This document shows, in pieces, positions 17,733-29,928 of a stretch of DNA of 64,000 nucleotides. Every line of letters begins with the position of its first letter. The stretch's first letter is position 1. The DNA lies in assembly GCA_014685065.1 (NCBI GenBank), contig GCA_014685065.1_4092.1. One strand, 5' to 3'. Source of the stretch: a phage. Below the pieces are notes generated by a model. It did no database searches, was not told the DNA's origin, and was given only the letters and a program-made list of their open reading frames with translations. A program made the position numbers and the translations under genes.

Positions 17733-18359
17733 ATGGGAAGACAAATAATTGCAATTAACGGAACTATTGGAAGTGGTAAAGATACATTTGGTGAATCTTT
17801 TATTAATAATGGTTACACACGAATGTCATTCGCAACCAATCTAAAAGATTCAGTTGCTGCTATCTTTGGATGGGACCGTGAAATGCTTGAGGGGTCAACT
17901 AAGGAAAGTCGTAAGATTCGTGAAGAACCGGATCAGTACTGGTGTGATAAGTTAGGTCGTAATGATGTATCCCCTCGATGGGTATTGCAGAATTATGGTA
18001 CTAATATTTTGCGTAAGTATTTTCATAATGATATTTGGGTATTCAGTTTAGAAAAATCAATGCAAGACATAGATGGAAATATCATCATCACTGATTGCCG
18101 TTTTCCAAATGAATTAAAAATGATTAGATCAAATAATGGGACTATTATTGAAGTTCAACGTGTTCTACCACATTGGTATGGTTTGGCTGCCTCTTATAAT
18201 AAAGGGGATATTAATATTAAACCAGTTGAACTAGAATCAGTGCACGAATCTGAGTGGGCTTGGATTGGAATAAACAATCCTGATATAATTGTACAGAATA
18301 ACAGTACTATTGATGATTTACATAAAAAAGCAATGGACATTATTTATTCTAATACATAA
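17733..18359 (+). CDS. deoxynucleoside monophosphate kinase-like (T4 gene 1-like)
   Basis: GTIGSGKDT P-loop and IKD...WG pattern as in T4 dNMP kinase (memory). Confidence 0.5.
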   Translation: MGRQIIAINGTIGSGKDTFGESFINNGYTRMSFATNLKDSVAAIFGWDREMLEGSTKESRKIREEPDQYWCDKLGRNDVSPRWVLQNYGTNILRKYFHNDIWVFSLEKSMQDIDGNIIITDCRFPNELKMIRSNNGTIIEVQRVLPHWYGLAASYNKGDINIKPVELESVHESEWAWIGINNPDIIVQNNSTIDDLHKKAMDIIYSNT

Positions 18360-18453
18360 ATTATAAACAATAAGGACTGGACAATTAAATCCTTCAATAA
18401 ATAAGACTATACGAATATATTTCGAATAACCAATTATTTTTGGAGGATTTAAT

Positions 18454-21117
18454 ATGGCAGGAGATCTACTCTCACCTGGCGTTTCCATTTCAGTAACTGA
18501 TGAAAGTATGAGTACCGCTGCTGCTCCTGGCACTGTACCACTATTTGTAATCGCTACTGCTGAAGACAAACTTGTCCCAGGAAGCAGTGCAATAGCTGCG
18601 GGAACTACTAAAGCAAACGCTGGAAAACTACAGCTTCTAACATCACAAAAAAGTTCACTTGATACCTATGGTACACCAATTTTTCAAATGAATAACGGTT
18701 CTGTTGTTCAAGGTGATGAACTAAACGAATATGGCCTACATGCAGTATATTCTTATCTAGGCATTACTAACCGTGCATATGTAATTCGTGCTGATATCGA
18801 TCTAGCACAACTAGCACCAAGTGCAGAAGCACCAACTGGCCCAGTATCCAATGGTACTTTGTGGTTTGATACCGCACAATCACAAGTAGAAGCGTATGTA
18901 GCGAAGAAAGATAGTCCAAGCAGTTTTTATGATTGGCAACTTAAGCCAGTAACTATTGTAAGTGCTGAAGAAGTTGAAGATGTAAGTCTAGTAGGTTTAA
19001 ATGTTGATGATTTAGTTCTACGTTACAAACCAAGCAATGGTCAGATGCTAATGTATAAACGTTCTGCTTCTGGGCTAGTGCAAATGGAAACTTACCTATC
19101 ACCAATTAACAAAGTTCCAGTTGGCTCAACTGTAGAAAAAGGTAACATTTGGATTCGTGATGGTTACACCCAAAATGGTTCAAACTATTTTGGTACTCGT
19201 TTTGTTATTAAACGTTATGCATCCCTAACTCAAGTTTGGAATATTGTACCAGCATATACTGGTAATTCATTCCAAGAAATTGAAGCGAAAAGTGGTGTAC
19301 TAAACAATAGTTATATCGCATCTCGTTTTGATGAAGATAGTAAGAGTTTCTCTTTCTATATTCAAAGTGCAAAACTAACAACAATTAGTGCTCCTGCTTT
19401 GCCACTTGGTGAAACTATTATTGAACAAGCAGGTGCTGATAGTTATATGACTTTTGTTTATTTGAATAAATCAGTTAAAGTACTAGCAGTTCCACAAGGC
19501 GGTGTTATTAATACCCAAACTATCATCAATAATCTAAATGCAAATGCTGAAATTATTAACGATGGTTTTAAATTTAAACGTGAAACTAATGGTGGTTTAG
19601 TTGTTTCCAATACAAAAGGTTACAGTTTCAAAATCACACAAAGTGGTGATGATATTTTTGCTGAATCTGAACTACAAAAACTAACTGTAGATAGTAACAA
19701 CTACTCTCTAATTAACGTTAATAACTTCCGTGTTAGTTATTCAGTACCACGTAGTGTAGCAAAAGAAGGAACTCTCTGGTATGATTTCGGAAACTCCGAT
19801 AATCTAACTGTAACTATGTATGTTGCTGATGTTGCTAATGATGAATGGGATCTAGTACAAGAAGAAAACAAATATGTACAAGTTGATGAACCAGCGGCTG
19901 ACCGTTTAATTTGGGTTTGTCCTTTGTCTCAAGGCATTGATGGTTATGATTTCTATCGTAACGTTGATGGTGAATGGGTTAAACTTGACAGTACTGACCA
20001 AAGTACACTAAATGGTATGATTTTCCAAGACTTTAATTTCCCAAGCCAAGTTCCTGCTGCGGCATTGTATCAAAATGGTATGCTTGCTGTTGACCTAGGT
20101 AACACTGAAGGTGTTGTTAAGAAAATGGTTAATGGTCAATGGGAAGTTGTTAGTGGTGTAAGTCTTGATGGTGCTGGTCTATTTGGTCGTGCTGCACAAC
20201 GTCAACTAGTAGTTGAAGCACTAGCTGCTGTTATTATTGGTAATGATGACATTCGTTCTGAATTTATTGATTTTAACCTAATTTGTGTACCTGGTTACGT
20301 TGAAACACTTGATGAATGTGTAACTTTAAACACTGATCGTAAAGAAACTGCATTTATTGTTACTGACGTTCCAGCACGTTTGAATCCAACCGGAAACGGT
20401 AGTGCTGTACAACAATGGGCTACTAATGCTAACAATGCACCAAGTAACGGTTCAGTTGGTCGTACAACTGCTTATGATTATGCTGCTCAGTATATGGGTT
20501 GGTGTCTAAGTACTAACGTTGATGGTGAAGAGGTTGCAGTTCCTGGTAGTACTATTGCAATGCGTACATATGCATATAGCGATAGTGTTAGTTATGTATG
20601 GTATCCACCTGCTGGTACAACTCGTGGTGTTGTAACAAACGCTGCAAGTACTGGTTTTATCAACAGCGAAGGTGAATATCAACCAGTAGTATATAACCAA
20701 GGTCAACGTGACGTTATGTATACTAACAACATTAACCCAATTGCAATGCGTCCTAACCGTGGTTTGCTTGTTTATGGAGATAAAACTCTATCTGCTAATC
20801 AAACTTCTGCACTAAGTCGTGTTAACGTTGCTCGTTTAGTTGTTTATATTCGTCGTCAACTAGAAATTATTTCCGAACCATTCCTATTCCGTTTGAATAC
20901 TCCAAGTACTCGTCAGGAATTTAGTGGTGTAGTTAATAGTTTCTTGGCTGAAATTGTTCAACAACAGGGTCTTTATAACTTCGCAGTAGTTTGTGATGAA
21001 AGTAACAATACCGCAGAGCGTATTGACCGTAATGAACTTTGGATGGATATTGCAATCCAACCAACTAAGAGTATTAACTTCATTTACGTACCAATCCGTA
21101 TCGAAAAAACTCAATAA
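18454..21117 (+). CDS. contractile tail sheath protein
   Basis: 887 aa; N-terminus LLSPGV as in T4 gp18; GGAGG RBS; terminator follows. Confidence 0.8.
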   Translation: MAGDLLSPGVSISVTDESMSTAAAPGTVPLFVIATAEDKLVPGSSAIAAGTTKANAGKLQLLTSQKSSLDTYGTPIFQMNNGSVVQGDELNEYGLHAVYSYLGITNRAYVIRADIDLAQLAPSAEAPTGPVSNGTLWFDTAQSQVEAYVAKKDSPSSFYDWQLKPVTIVSAEEVEDVSLVGLNVDDLVLRYKPSNGQMLMYKRSASGLVQMETYLSPINKVPVGSTVEKGNIWIRDGYTQNGSNYFGTRFVIKRYASLTQVWNIVPAYTGNSFQEIEAKSGVLNNSYIASRFDEDSKSFSFYIQSAKLTTISAPALPLGETIIEQAGADSYMTFVYLNKSVKVLAVPQGGVINTQTIINNLNANAEIINDGFKFKRETNGGLVVSNTKGYSFKITQSGDDIFAESELQKLTVDSNNYSLINVNNFRVSYSVPRSVAKEGTLWYDFGNSDNLTVTMYVADVANDEWDLVQEENKYVQVDEPAADRLIWVCPLSQGIDGYDFYRNVDGEWVKLDSTDQSTLNGMIFQDFNFPSQVPAAALYQNGMLAVDLGNTEGVVKKMVNGQWEVVSGVSLDGAGLFGRAAQRQLVVEALAAVIIGNDDIRSEFIDFNLICVPGYVETLDECVTLNTDRKETAFIVTDVPARLNPTGNGSAVQQWATNANNAPSNGSVGRTTAYDYAAQYMGWCLSTNVDGEEVAVPGSTIAMRTYAYSDSVSYVWYPPAGTTRGVVTNAASTGFINSEGEYQPVVYNQGQRDVMYTNNINPIAMRPNRGLLVYGDKTLSANQTSALSRVNVARLVVYIRRQLEIISEPFLFRLNTPSTRQEFSGVVNSFLAEIVQQQGLYNFAVVCDESNNTAERIDRNELWMDIAIQPTKSINFIYVPIRIEKTQ

Positions 21118-21125
21118 AACACTAA

Positions 21126-21150
21126 GGGAACCTTTTGGTTCCCTTTTTTA
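21126..21150 (+). terminator. intrinsic terminator
   Basis: GGGAACC tttt GGTTCCC then TTTTTT. Confidence 0.75.
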
Positions 21151-21512
21151 TTGTTTAAAATTAAATACCTTTATATTGATGTTATAAAGGGACATTATGG
21201 ATATGGAAGAAATACTAAAAAGAACAATACAAGATGTCAGTAAAATAGTTTTAACTCAGTTAGAATCAATACACATACTAAATATATTTTTAAAAAATTT
21301 AGAAGATTGTCGGTATAATTGAAAAATACGAAGTATACACAAATGGAAAATGGTCTATATCAGTAAACTATATTGACCACACTAAACGAAAAAGATACTT
21401 ATATTGTGTTAATATTAATTGGTTCCCTGTTGATGACACTTTAGTTAATTAAAAATATACTTCCAGATAGATAAATAATATAAAGATGTCATTCCATAAT
21501 AGGAGAATATAA

Positions 21513-22199
21513 ATGGCTACAATGCTTGATCGATATGGCGTACCGCTCGCTGGCGGTGGTCGTATCTCTATGAAACAACCAAAAGCAAAATACAAATTTC
21601 GTGTTATTTTCTTTGGTTTTGGTACTAATGATGATGGTAATATGATTACACTAGACACCAATACAGTTGGGGCAGTATCTGTATCACATGAAAACGTCAC
21701 TGTTCATAGTTACAACAGTTCTGCACACTACAAAGGGAAATACACTTGGGATACAATTGATGTTGCTTTCCGTGACTCAGTAGGTAATGCTTCCGCTAAA
21801 GCACTATACAACCAAATGCGTAAAGAATTTAACTACTACAGTCAAGAATCTCGCATGACAGATTCACAATTTAAATTTGAAATGTGGATTCAAGAGCTTG
21901 ATGGTTCTAATAGTGAAAATACAACAAACTTGTTTGAAGGAACATTGAGTACTTGGGTATGTCAAGGTTGCTTTATTGAATCCAGCAACTTTGGTGATTG
22001 GGATTATTCCTCAAGTGAAGCACAAGTTATTTCAATGACTGTTCAACCAGATGGTTGTGCTAAATTGGGTCCAAATGGCGAAGCGTTCGGTGATGAAGTT
22101 AGTGGCTTCGGTAATCCATCAACTGCTACCTCTATTTCTGGTGCACAAACTAATATTAGTAGTACTACTCTACCAGATAGTAACTTCTACGAAAATTAA
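21513..22199 (+). CDS. tail tube protein
   Basis: follows sheath; 228 aa; paralogous to next ORF. Confidence 0.55.
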   Translation: MATMLDRYGVPLAGGGRISMKQPKAKYKFRVIFFGFGTNDDGNMITLDTNTVGAVSVSHENVTVHSYNSSAHYKGKYTWDTIDVAFRDSVGNASAKALYNQMRKEFNYYSQESRMTDSQFKFEMWIQELDGSNSENTTNLFEGTLSTWVCQGCFIESSNFGDWDYSSSEAQVISMTVQPDGCAKLGPNGEAFGDEVSGFGNPSTATSISGAQTNISSTTLPDSNFYEN

Positions 22200-22220
22200 T
22201 TTTATTTAAACTTAATATAT

Positions 22221-22249
22221 AGCCTCGAATCTATTCGGGGCTTTTTTTA
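22221..22249 (+). terminator. intrinsic terminator
   Basis: AGCCTCG / CGGGGCT stem then TTTTTTT. Confidence 0.6.
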
Positions 22250-22293
22250 TGCTAAATAAAGTATAATGCCTTATAAAATAAAAAGAGGTTGCT

Positions 22294-23070
22294 ATGGCAA
22301 ATAACATGATTAATAAATATGGCGTTCCTTTACCATCGGGGCGTAATCGTTCAATGCTACAACCGAAAGCAAAATACAAGTTTCGTGTTATTGTGTATAA
22401 TTTCGGTACTGATATAGATGAACGTGATCACATCGCATTAGATGTTGATAAAATTGATAGACCTACTGTAACATTTAGTACTCATAAACTATATCAATTT
22501 ACTACTAATACTTCCTATATAGGTAGTCATGATTGGGAACCAATTACTATATCTATACGTGATTCAGTTGGAAATGCATCAGCAAAAGCATTATCACGCC
22601 AACTACAAAAACAACTTGACTTTCAACGCAGAATAACTTCAAGAAATGACCAAGATTATGGTTCTTATAAATTTGGTTTAGTTATACAGATGTTGAGTGG
22701 TCGTAACTCAGATGATACACTAGAAAATCTAGGAAGAGATACACTAGTAGATGCTGCAACTGCTGCAACAAATAATGCTGGCTTAGTAAATGCAGTAGAT
22801 CAATTTATTGGTGGTTCTTCTTATAACAGTGCTGGTGTTATGGAATACTTTGTTTTAACCGGATGTGTTATTCAAAACATATCATACGATTCATTAGACT
22901 ATAGTTCAAGTTCTCCAGTTGAAATGGTAGTGACTATCAAACCAGATAATTGTATACAATTTGATAACATTGAAGAAATGTATAGTACCAGAATTAATTC
23001 ACTTTTACCTGAAAATGTCAATCAAGGTTTAGATATCATTGATCGTGTTTTTGGTAGTGTAGGATTTTAA
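22294..23070 (+). CDS. tail tube protein paralog
   Basis: shares GVPL..G...SM.QPKAKYKFRVI and SVGNASAKAL with 21513-22199. Confidence 0.5.
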   Translation: MANNMINKYGVPLPSGRNRSMLQPKAKYKFRVIVYNFGTDIDERDHIALDVDKIDRPTVTFSTHKLYQFTTNTSYIGSHDWEPITISIRDSVGNASAKALSRQLQKQLDFQRRITSRNDQDYGSYKFGLVIQMLSGRNSDDTLENLGRDTLVDAATAATNNAGLVNAVDQFIGGSSYNSAGVMEYFVLTGCVIQNISYDSLDYSSSSPVEMVVTIKPDNCIQFDNIEEMYSTRINSLLPENVNQGLDIIDRVFGSVGF

Positions 23071-23081
23071 GGAGATAATGA

Positions 23082-25189
<2,108 letters not shown>

Positions 25190-25216
25190 CTTAAACGACC
25201 TTATGGAGTTATTAAA

Positions 25217-25753
25217 ATGAATAGATTACAACAAATCCTAACTGAAAAGAAACCAGTTTATGAATACCGAGTTAAGTTTGCAGTTGAACCATCACCGGAA
25301 CAACTTAGTAAAGTAACACAGCGACTAATGGACCGCTATGATGCATTTGAAATTGGTGCACTTAAGAAAACAATTTTTATGGAAAAACCATTAGATTTCT
25401 ATGAATTAGATTGTGGTGAAATTTGGATGTTTGATTTTAAATGTCATCGTGGTGTTCAATCAAACGTACTAATGTATGAAATCGGTAATTTACTAAGTAT
25501 GACCGAAGCACTGATTCGTGTACGCAGTAAAGATGAACCTCGTCAAATTGAAATGACTGACCTAGAAGATGATATCGATTTTGATGATGTTGATGAGCCA
25601 ATTATTGGTGTAGATTTTGGTAAACCAGAAGACAGTTATGATTTAGCTGGTCAACAACGTGCTGAAACAGCAGTTGATGATGCAATTGAAGCATCTAAAA
25701 AAGACAATAAATACTCTCAATATATGAGTGCTGGTTTTGGTAAAAAGGATTAA
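25217..25753 (+). CDS. hypothetical protein
   Basis: ORF. Confidence 0.45.
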   Translation: MNRLQQILTEKKPVYEYRVKFAVEPSPEQLSKVTQRLMDRYDAFEIGALKKTIFMEKPLDFYELDCGEIWMFDFKCHRGVQSNVLMYEIGNLLSMTEALIRVRSKDEPRQIEMTDLEDDIDFDDVDEPIIGVDFGKPEDSYDLAGQQRAETAVDDAIEASKKDNKYSQYMSAGFGKKD

Positions 25754-25756
25754 CAC

Positions 25757-26299
25757 ATGAGTATACTTAATGAAATGTTAGATTATGAAGACAATGAGTT
25801 AAATGAAGCTCGTCCTTATAGTCGTTCACAAAGTGCAGTTGATAGTGCAAAAGGAAAAGTAAAAGGCTTTTTTGGTAGTGGACAGATAGAACAAGGTGCA
25901 CAAGAGGTTGGTGCTGAAGCTAACCGATTGTGGGCCGAGTTTAAACGATATGTTGGACGTAAATATGGTAAAGCTCAACCATCAGTACCTTACGCTGATG
26001 TGGCACAGTTTTTTAAAGGTAACAATCTGGATATTAAACATTTAGGGAACAATCCTCGTCGTTCTTTTACACCAAAAGATGTAGGTACTGCTCTATTAAA
26101 TGCTGCTCGTGATATAATGAATGACTACCGTGACCAACAAGGCGGCGAAGAAAGTTCAGAATCACAACCATCACAATCGACCTCAACTGAGCAACCAGCA
26201 CAACAAGAACAACCAAAAGCACAAGGTTCCAGTATCCCTGATGCTCTACAAAAATTAAGTCCAGAGCAACGCGACCAACTGTTACGTATGCTTTCTTAA
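25757..26299 (+). CDS. hypothetical protein, Q/E/S-rich tail ending LLRMLS
   Basis: ORF 180 aa. Confidence 0.45.
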   Translation: MSILNEMLDYEDNELNEARPYSRSQSAVDSAKGKVKGFFGSGQIEQGAQEVGAEANRLWAEFKRYVGRKYGKAQPSVPYADVAQFFKGNNLDIKHLGNNPRRSFTPKDVGTALLNAARDIMNDYRDQQGGEESSESQPSQSTSTEQPAQQEQPKAQGSSIPDALQKLSPEQRDQLLRMLS

Positions 26300-26312
26300 G
26301 GAGAATCAACAC

Positions 26313-27830
26313 ATGGATAATTTTTTCAGTACTGAAACTACCACAGTTCCTAATGGATATGTATATACGTCACATACTGGTGCAAAATATGTATTTCTTG
26401 AAGGATTCTGGTTCAATGACAATAATATGTTAATGGTAGACCCTAGAAAATACCCATCCATGTACGCAAGTGCTCGACAACAGATTGTCGAGCACAATCT
26501 AGCTTCAAATGAATATAAGATTGGTAACAAATATATTGTTGAAGGTAAAGAGTGTACATTTATTGGTGAAAACCGTTTCAATTCAAAAGATGGAATTCTA
26601 TTAACTGAAAGTGAATTCATCACTGAATTAATGGCAGATGATCATCGAGTATATAATGTTTCTAAAGAAACACTACAAAAAGAATGGAATGCATTAAAAT
26701 TTTACATTCTTCCACCATATGCTGATGATATATCAATTCCAGCAGGTATGGAAGTAAGTGGTTTTAAATTTGTGCCAAAGAATCACCGTTTTGTTGATAT
26801 GAAATCAGGACGAGCAGTTGATCCAGCAATGACCCGTAAACTATCAGATGAAGGTATGCGTATTGCTCGTCAGTTAGCTTCTAAAAATAAACTAATTCCA
26901 ATCAAATCAACCTTAGTTCAAGGCAATACACGTTGTGAGTGGAATGGTAAAGAATTTTGTGATAATGATGGTAATGTAGTAATTCCAGAACAAAATGCAC
27001 ATGCAATTATTAATGCATATCAGCAATTTGTTAAGAATAACCCAAGTGATTTTCCAACATTAACGGGTGAACAAGAACATAGTGAGCAACGTTTTGGTTC
27101 AGGTGAAAAGCCACAACAAGCTTCACAACCTGCTAAACAGCCAGTATTTGCAACTAAAGAATCAATTAATGAAGCAGATGAAGAAATTGAAGAATTTGAA
27201 AGTATTACTGTTCCTGACGGTTATAGAATGACTTCTTCTAAAGGAAAAACATACGCTAAGAAAAATAACTTGTGGTATGATATCGAAAGTAAAAAGCAAC
27301 TTAACACAAGTGCTTCTAAAAGTGTTGAACGAGCAGCACAGCGTGATATTTTCCGTCATAACAATTCCGGTGCTATGAAAATCGGTACAAAAGTTAAATC
27401 CAAACAAGGCAAAGAATATTCGTATGTTGGTGGTGACAGATTCATTAGTGCTGATGGTAAGTTTATACCAAAAGCAACTGCTGCTAAATTACTTGCCAAA
27501 TATGAACAAGATAAAGAAGTTAAAAGTGATGAAACACCTGAAGTAGACTCTGGTACTGAGCAAATTCAATCAAAAGAAGAACCTAAGAAAGAACCAGAAT
27601 CTGAACAAAAACCAGACGAAGTTCCTGAACCAGAAACTAAATCTGAAACAATTGCTGGTGATGATGTACAATCATTAGCTTCTAAAATTAAAGAGTCACC
27701 TTATGCTAAAAAAATCACAGTACTACTAACTCGTGGTGATGAGGTTTCTCTACTTGCTGCTGACATTTTACTTTCAGGTAAAAAGGATGAAACAGTGCAA
27801 ATTTTAAAATCATTAAATAATAATGATTGA
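26313..27830 (+). CDS. hypothetical protein with internal repeats (PNGYVYTSHTGAKY / PDGYRMTSSKGKTY)
   Basis: ORF 505 aa. Confidence 0.5.
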   Translation: MDNFFSTETTTVPNGYVYTSHTGAKYVFLEGFWFNDNNMLMVDPRKYPSMYASARQQIVEHNLASNEYKIGNKYIVEGKECTFIGENRFNSKDGILLTESEFITELMADDHRVYNVSKETLQKEWNALKFYILPPYADDISIPAGMEVSGFKFVPKNHRFVDMKSGRAVDPAMTRKLSDEGMRIARQLASKNKLIPIKSTLVQGNTRCEWNGKEFCDNDGNVVIPEQNAHAIINAYQQFVKNNPSDFPTLTGEQEHSEQRFGSGEKPQQASQPAKQPVFATKESINEADEEIEEFESITVPDGYRMTSSKGKTYAKKNNLWYDIESKKQLNTSASKSVERAAQRDIFRHNNSGAMKIGTKVKSKQGKEYSYVGGDRFISADGKFIPKATAAKLLAKYEQDKEVKSDETPEVDSGTEQIQSKEEPKKEPESEQKPDEVPEPETKSETIAGDDVQSLASKIKESPYAKKITVLLTRGDEVSLLAADILLSGKKDETVQILKSLNNND

Positions 27831-27852
27831 TAACTAAAAGGATTTATTTAAA

Positions 27853-28833
27853 ATGGCTAAAAAAATTAATGAAGCACAAGTTAAAATCGATATCGCAGGT
27901 TTAGAATCTGATGATTTGGAAACACTATCACGTATGTTAGCACTTGCTGGTCAAGCTGAACGTCAAGACCCAGTTGTTGCTGCTCCAGTACCATCAATGG
28001 GGTCTATGACTCCATCTCTTCCACCTATTGCTCCACTAGATCTAGATTCTATTGGTGCTGAAGAAGAAATTGGTGGAATTGAAACTTCAGTTGAAGACCC
28101 ACTAGCAGCGGCAGTTGATGATCTTTCCGCTGATGTTGGTGATTTTGGTGCTGACTCAGATGAAGTTAGTATGGATGCTGAATTTTCAGAACCAGGTGTA
28201 GAAGGTGAAGAAGATTTTTCTCTTGACCTTAGTGGTCAACCTCAACTAGAATCAGTTGAAGAAGACGATGAGGAAGAAGAAGAAATTATTGAAGAAGAAT
28301 TCGATTTTAGTCGTATGCTATCCCTTGCTGGTATTAACGAAGAAGAAGACGAAGATTTTTCCGTAGAGGGTAATCCTGCCACCGATAAAGAAATGAAAGA
28401 TACCCAATTTCTACCAGATCTAAGTATCTCTGAAGATGAAGAACCATCTAACAGTACTGATTACGGTCCATATGGAACAGAAGCTGATGCAGTTCGTGAT
28501 GGTCAACTAAAGACTAATGGTGTTGAAGGTGACCATTTTGTTGTAATTGCAAAAGGCAATCAGTTTTATTGGAGACGTGTTGTAGATGAAGATCTTGACA
28601 ATCGTCCAGAACCTGAGTATTATGATAATGAAGGGAACGAAAATCGTGTTCATAAATTTGAACCAAAATTCCCAGGCACTGCATTAGGAGATAACCCACT
28701 AAATGTTAATGAAAGTGAAGAAGATGATTCACCTGAAGGTAACATTGACTTGGAAGATGATTCTGATGAAGAAGTAGAAGATATTTTTGAAAGTCTCCAA
28801 GAAAAATACAAGAAATTTTTAGGAGACAAATAA
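27853..28833 (+). CDS. highly acidic protein with duplicated SRML(A/S)LAG motif
   Basis: D/E-rich 326 aa, motif at two positions. Confidence 0.5.
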   Translation: MAKKINEAQVKIDIAGLESDDLETLSRMLALAGQAERQDPVVAAPVPSMGSMTPSLPPIAPLDLDSIGAEEEIGGIETSVEDPLAAAVDDLSADVGDFGADSDEVSMDAEFSEPGVEGEEDFSLDLSGQPQLESVEEDDEEEEEIIEEEFDFSRMLSLAGINEEEDEDFSVEGNPATDKEMKDTQFLPDLSISEDEEPSNSTDYGPYGTEADAVRDGQLKTNGVEGDHFVVIAKGNQFYWRRVVDEDLDNRPEPEYYDNEGNENRVHKFEPKFPGTALGDNPLNVNESEEDDSPEGNIDLEDDSDEEVEDIFESLQEKYKKFLGDK

Positions 28834-28834
28834 T

Positions 28835-29230
28835 ATGCAATATAATTATCGTGAACTAGTTGAAGCGTTAGACGAAATTACCGGAAGAGATGAAGACGAA
28901 AGTTTTTCAGTTGAAGTTGAATCCGATGTTGTAGCAGTTGATGTTCTTAAGGATATTACCAAATGTCTTATTAACATTGTTGATAAGATTAAATCTGGTG
29001 AAGACCAAAAAGAAATTGTAGATAAACTACAAAAAGCCTGTGACATTTTGTCTGATATTCGATATAATGATGAAAGTACTGAAGTTGCTGATGACGAAGT
29101 GTTGGAAGCCATTGCAGGTTGTTTTGGTACTGAAGGTATGGGACCAACAATTGACAAAGAAGGTGTACAACACTATAATGAACCTGGTGCACCATCTTAT
29201 GCTGCACGTCAAGGTTTTGTTGGAGACTAA
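28835..29230 (+). CDS. hypothetical acidic protein
   Basis: ORF, AGGAG RBS. Confidence 0.45.
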   Translation: MQYNYRELVEALDEITGRDEDESFSVEVESDVVAVDVLKDITKCLINIVDKIKSGEDQKEIVDKLQKACDILSDIRYNDESTEVADDEVLEAIAGCFGTEGMGPTIDKEGVQHYNEPGAPSYAARQGFVGD

Positions 29231-29233
29231 TAT

Positions 29234-29614
29234 ATGTTTCCAGAACCATCACATAACAGTACTGAATATCAAAATAATTTACTTTCCAAAGTTAGGGAAG
29301 TACATGAATCAGATTCAGAAATAACAGACCGTATGCTTCTGATGTCAATTTTTGAAAATTTCAGAACTGGCGGTGGTTTACGTCTTAGTAAGTTTGGGTA
29401 TGGAATTTGTAAAGAAAATAATCTTTATGAATTTACAAAAATCCCCTTGCAAAGAGAATTTAAAAGTTCTATAATGTTTACATCACTTGACAGAATATGT
29501 ACTTCACCTTACTATGTTGAAGGTCAGTACATATATCTGACAGATGCAATGATAATAACTGAATTAACATTGTGTTGTGATGATTTTAAACAGTTATTTT
29601 CTATTCATATGTAA
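29234..29614 (+). CDS. hypothetical protein
   Basis: ORF, GGAG RBS. Confidence 0.45.
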   Translation: MFPEPSHNSTEYQNNLLSKVREVHESDSEITDRMLLMSIFENFRTGGGLRLSKFGYGICKENNLYEFTKIPLQREFKSSIMFTSLDRICTSPYYVEGQYIYLTDAMIITELTLCCDDFKQLFSIHM

Positions 29615-29637
29615 GAAAAATGAATTAAAAATAAATG

Positions 29638-29665
29638 TTGACAAGATAGAATGATGTGATATAAT
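29638..29665 (+). promoter_or_regulatory. sigma70-type promoter TTGACA-N16-TGaTATAAT (P1 of tandem pair)
   Basis: TTGACA 29638-29643, TATAAT 29660-29665. Confidence 0.6.
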
Positions 29666-29732
29666 AAGCATCAGACATAAAGTTTTCAAGCGTCACAAGA
29701 TGTGAGTTTGAAAAAAAAAGAAAAAAAGTGAT

Positions 29733-29760
29733 TGACAAGTTGAAACGATGTGATATAATG
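29733..29760 (+). promoter_or_regulatory. sigma70-type promoter TTGACA-N16-TGaTATAAT (P2 of tandem pair)
   Basis: TTGACA 29733-29738, TATAAT 29755-29760; near-duplicate of P1. Confidence 0.6.
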
Positions 29761-29928
29761 TTCACATCAAGACAGCAAAGAGATTTACCTTTTAAACACA
29801 CGGATGATTCATGAAGTAACAAAGGAACTGATAAGTTAAATTATTTTAACACAGTTCCTTTACTTTTGCCCACGGATTGGCTATAATAGAAACTTAAACG
29901 ATTTTATCCAACAAAAGGAAATATATAC

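Noticed and set aside
29851-29887. Possible third promoter (weak -35, TATAAT at 29882-29887) just upstream of the MoxR-like gene
   Set aside because: Poor -35 and no TG extension; mentioned only as a possibility.
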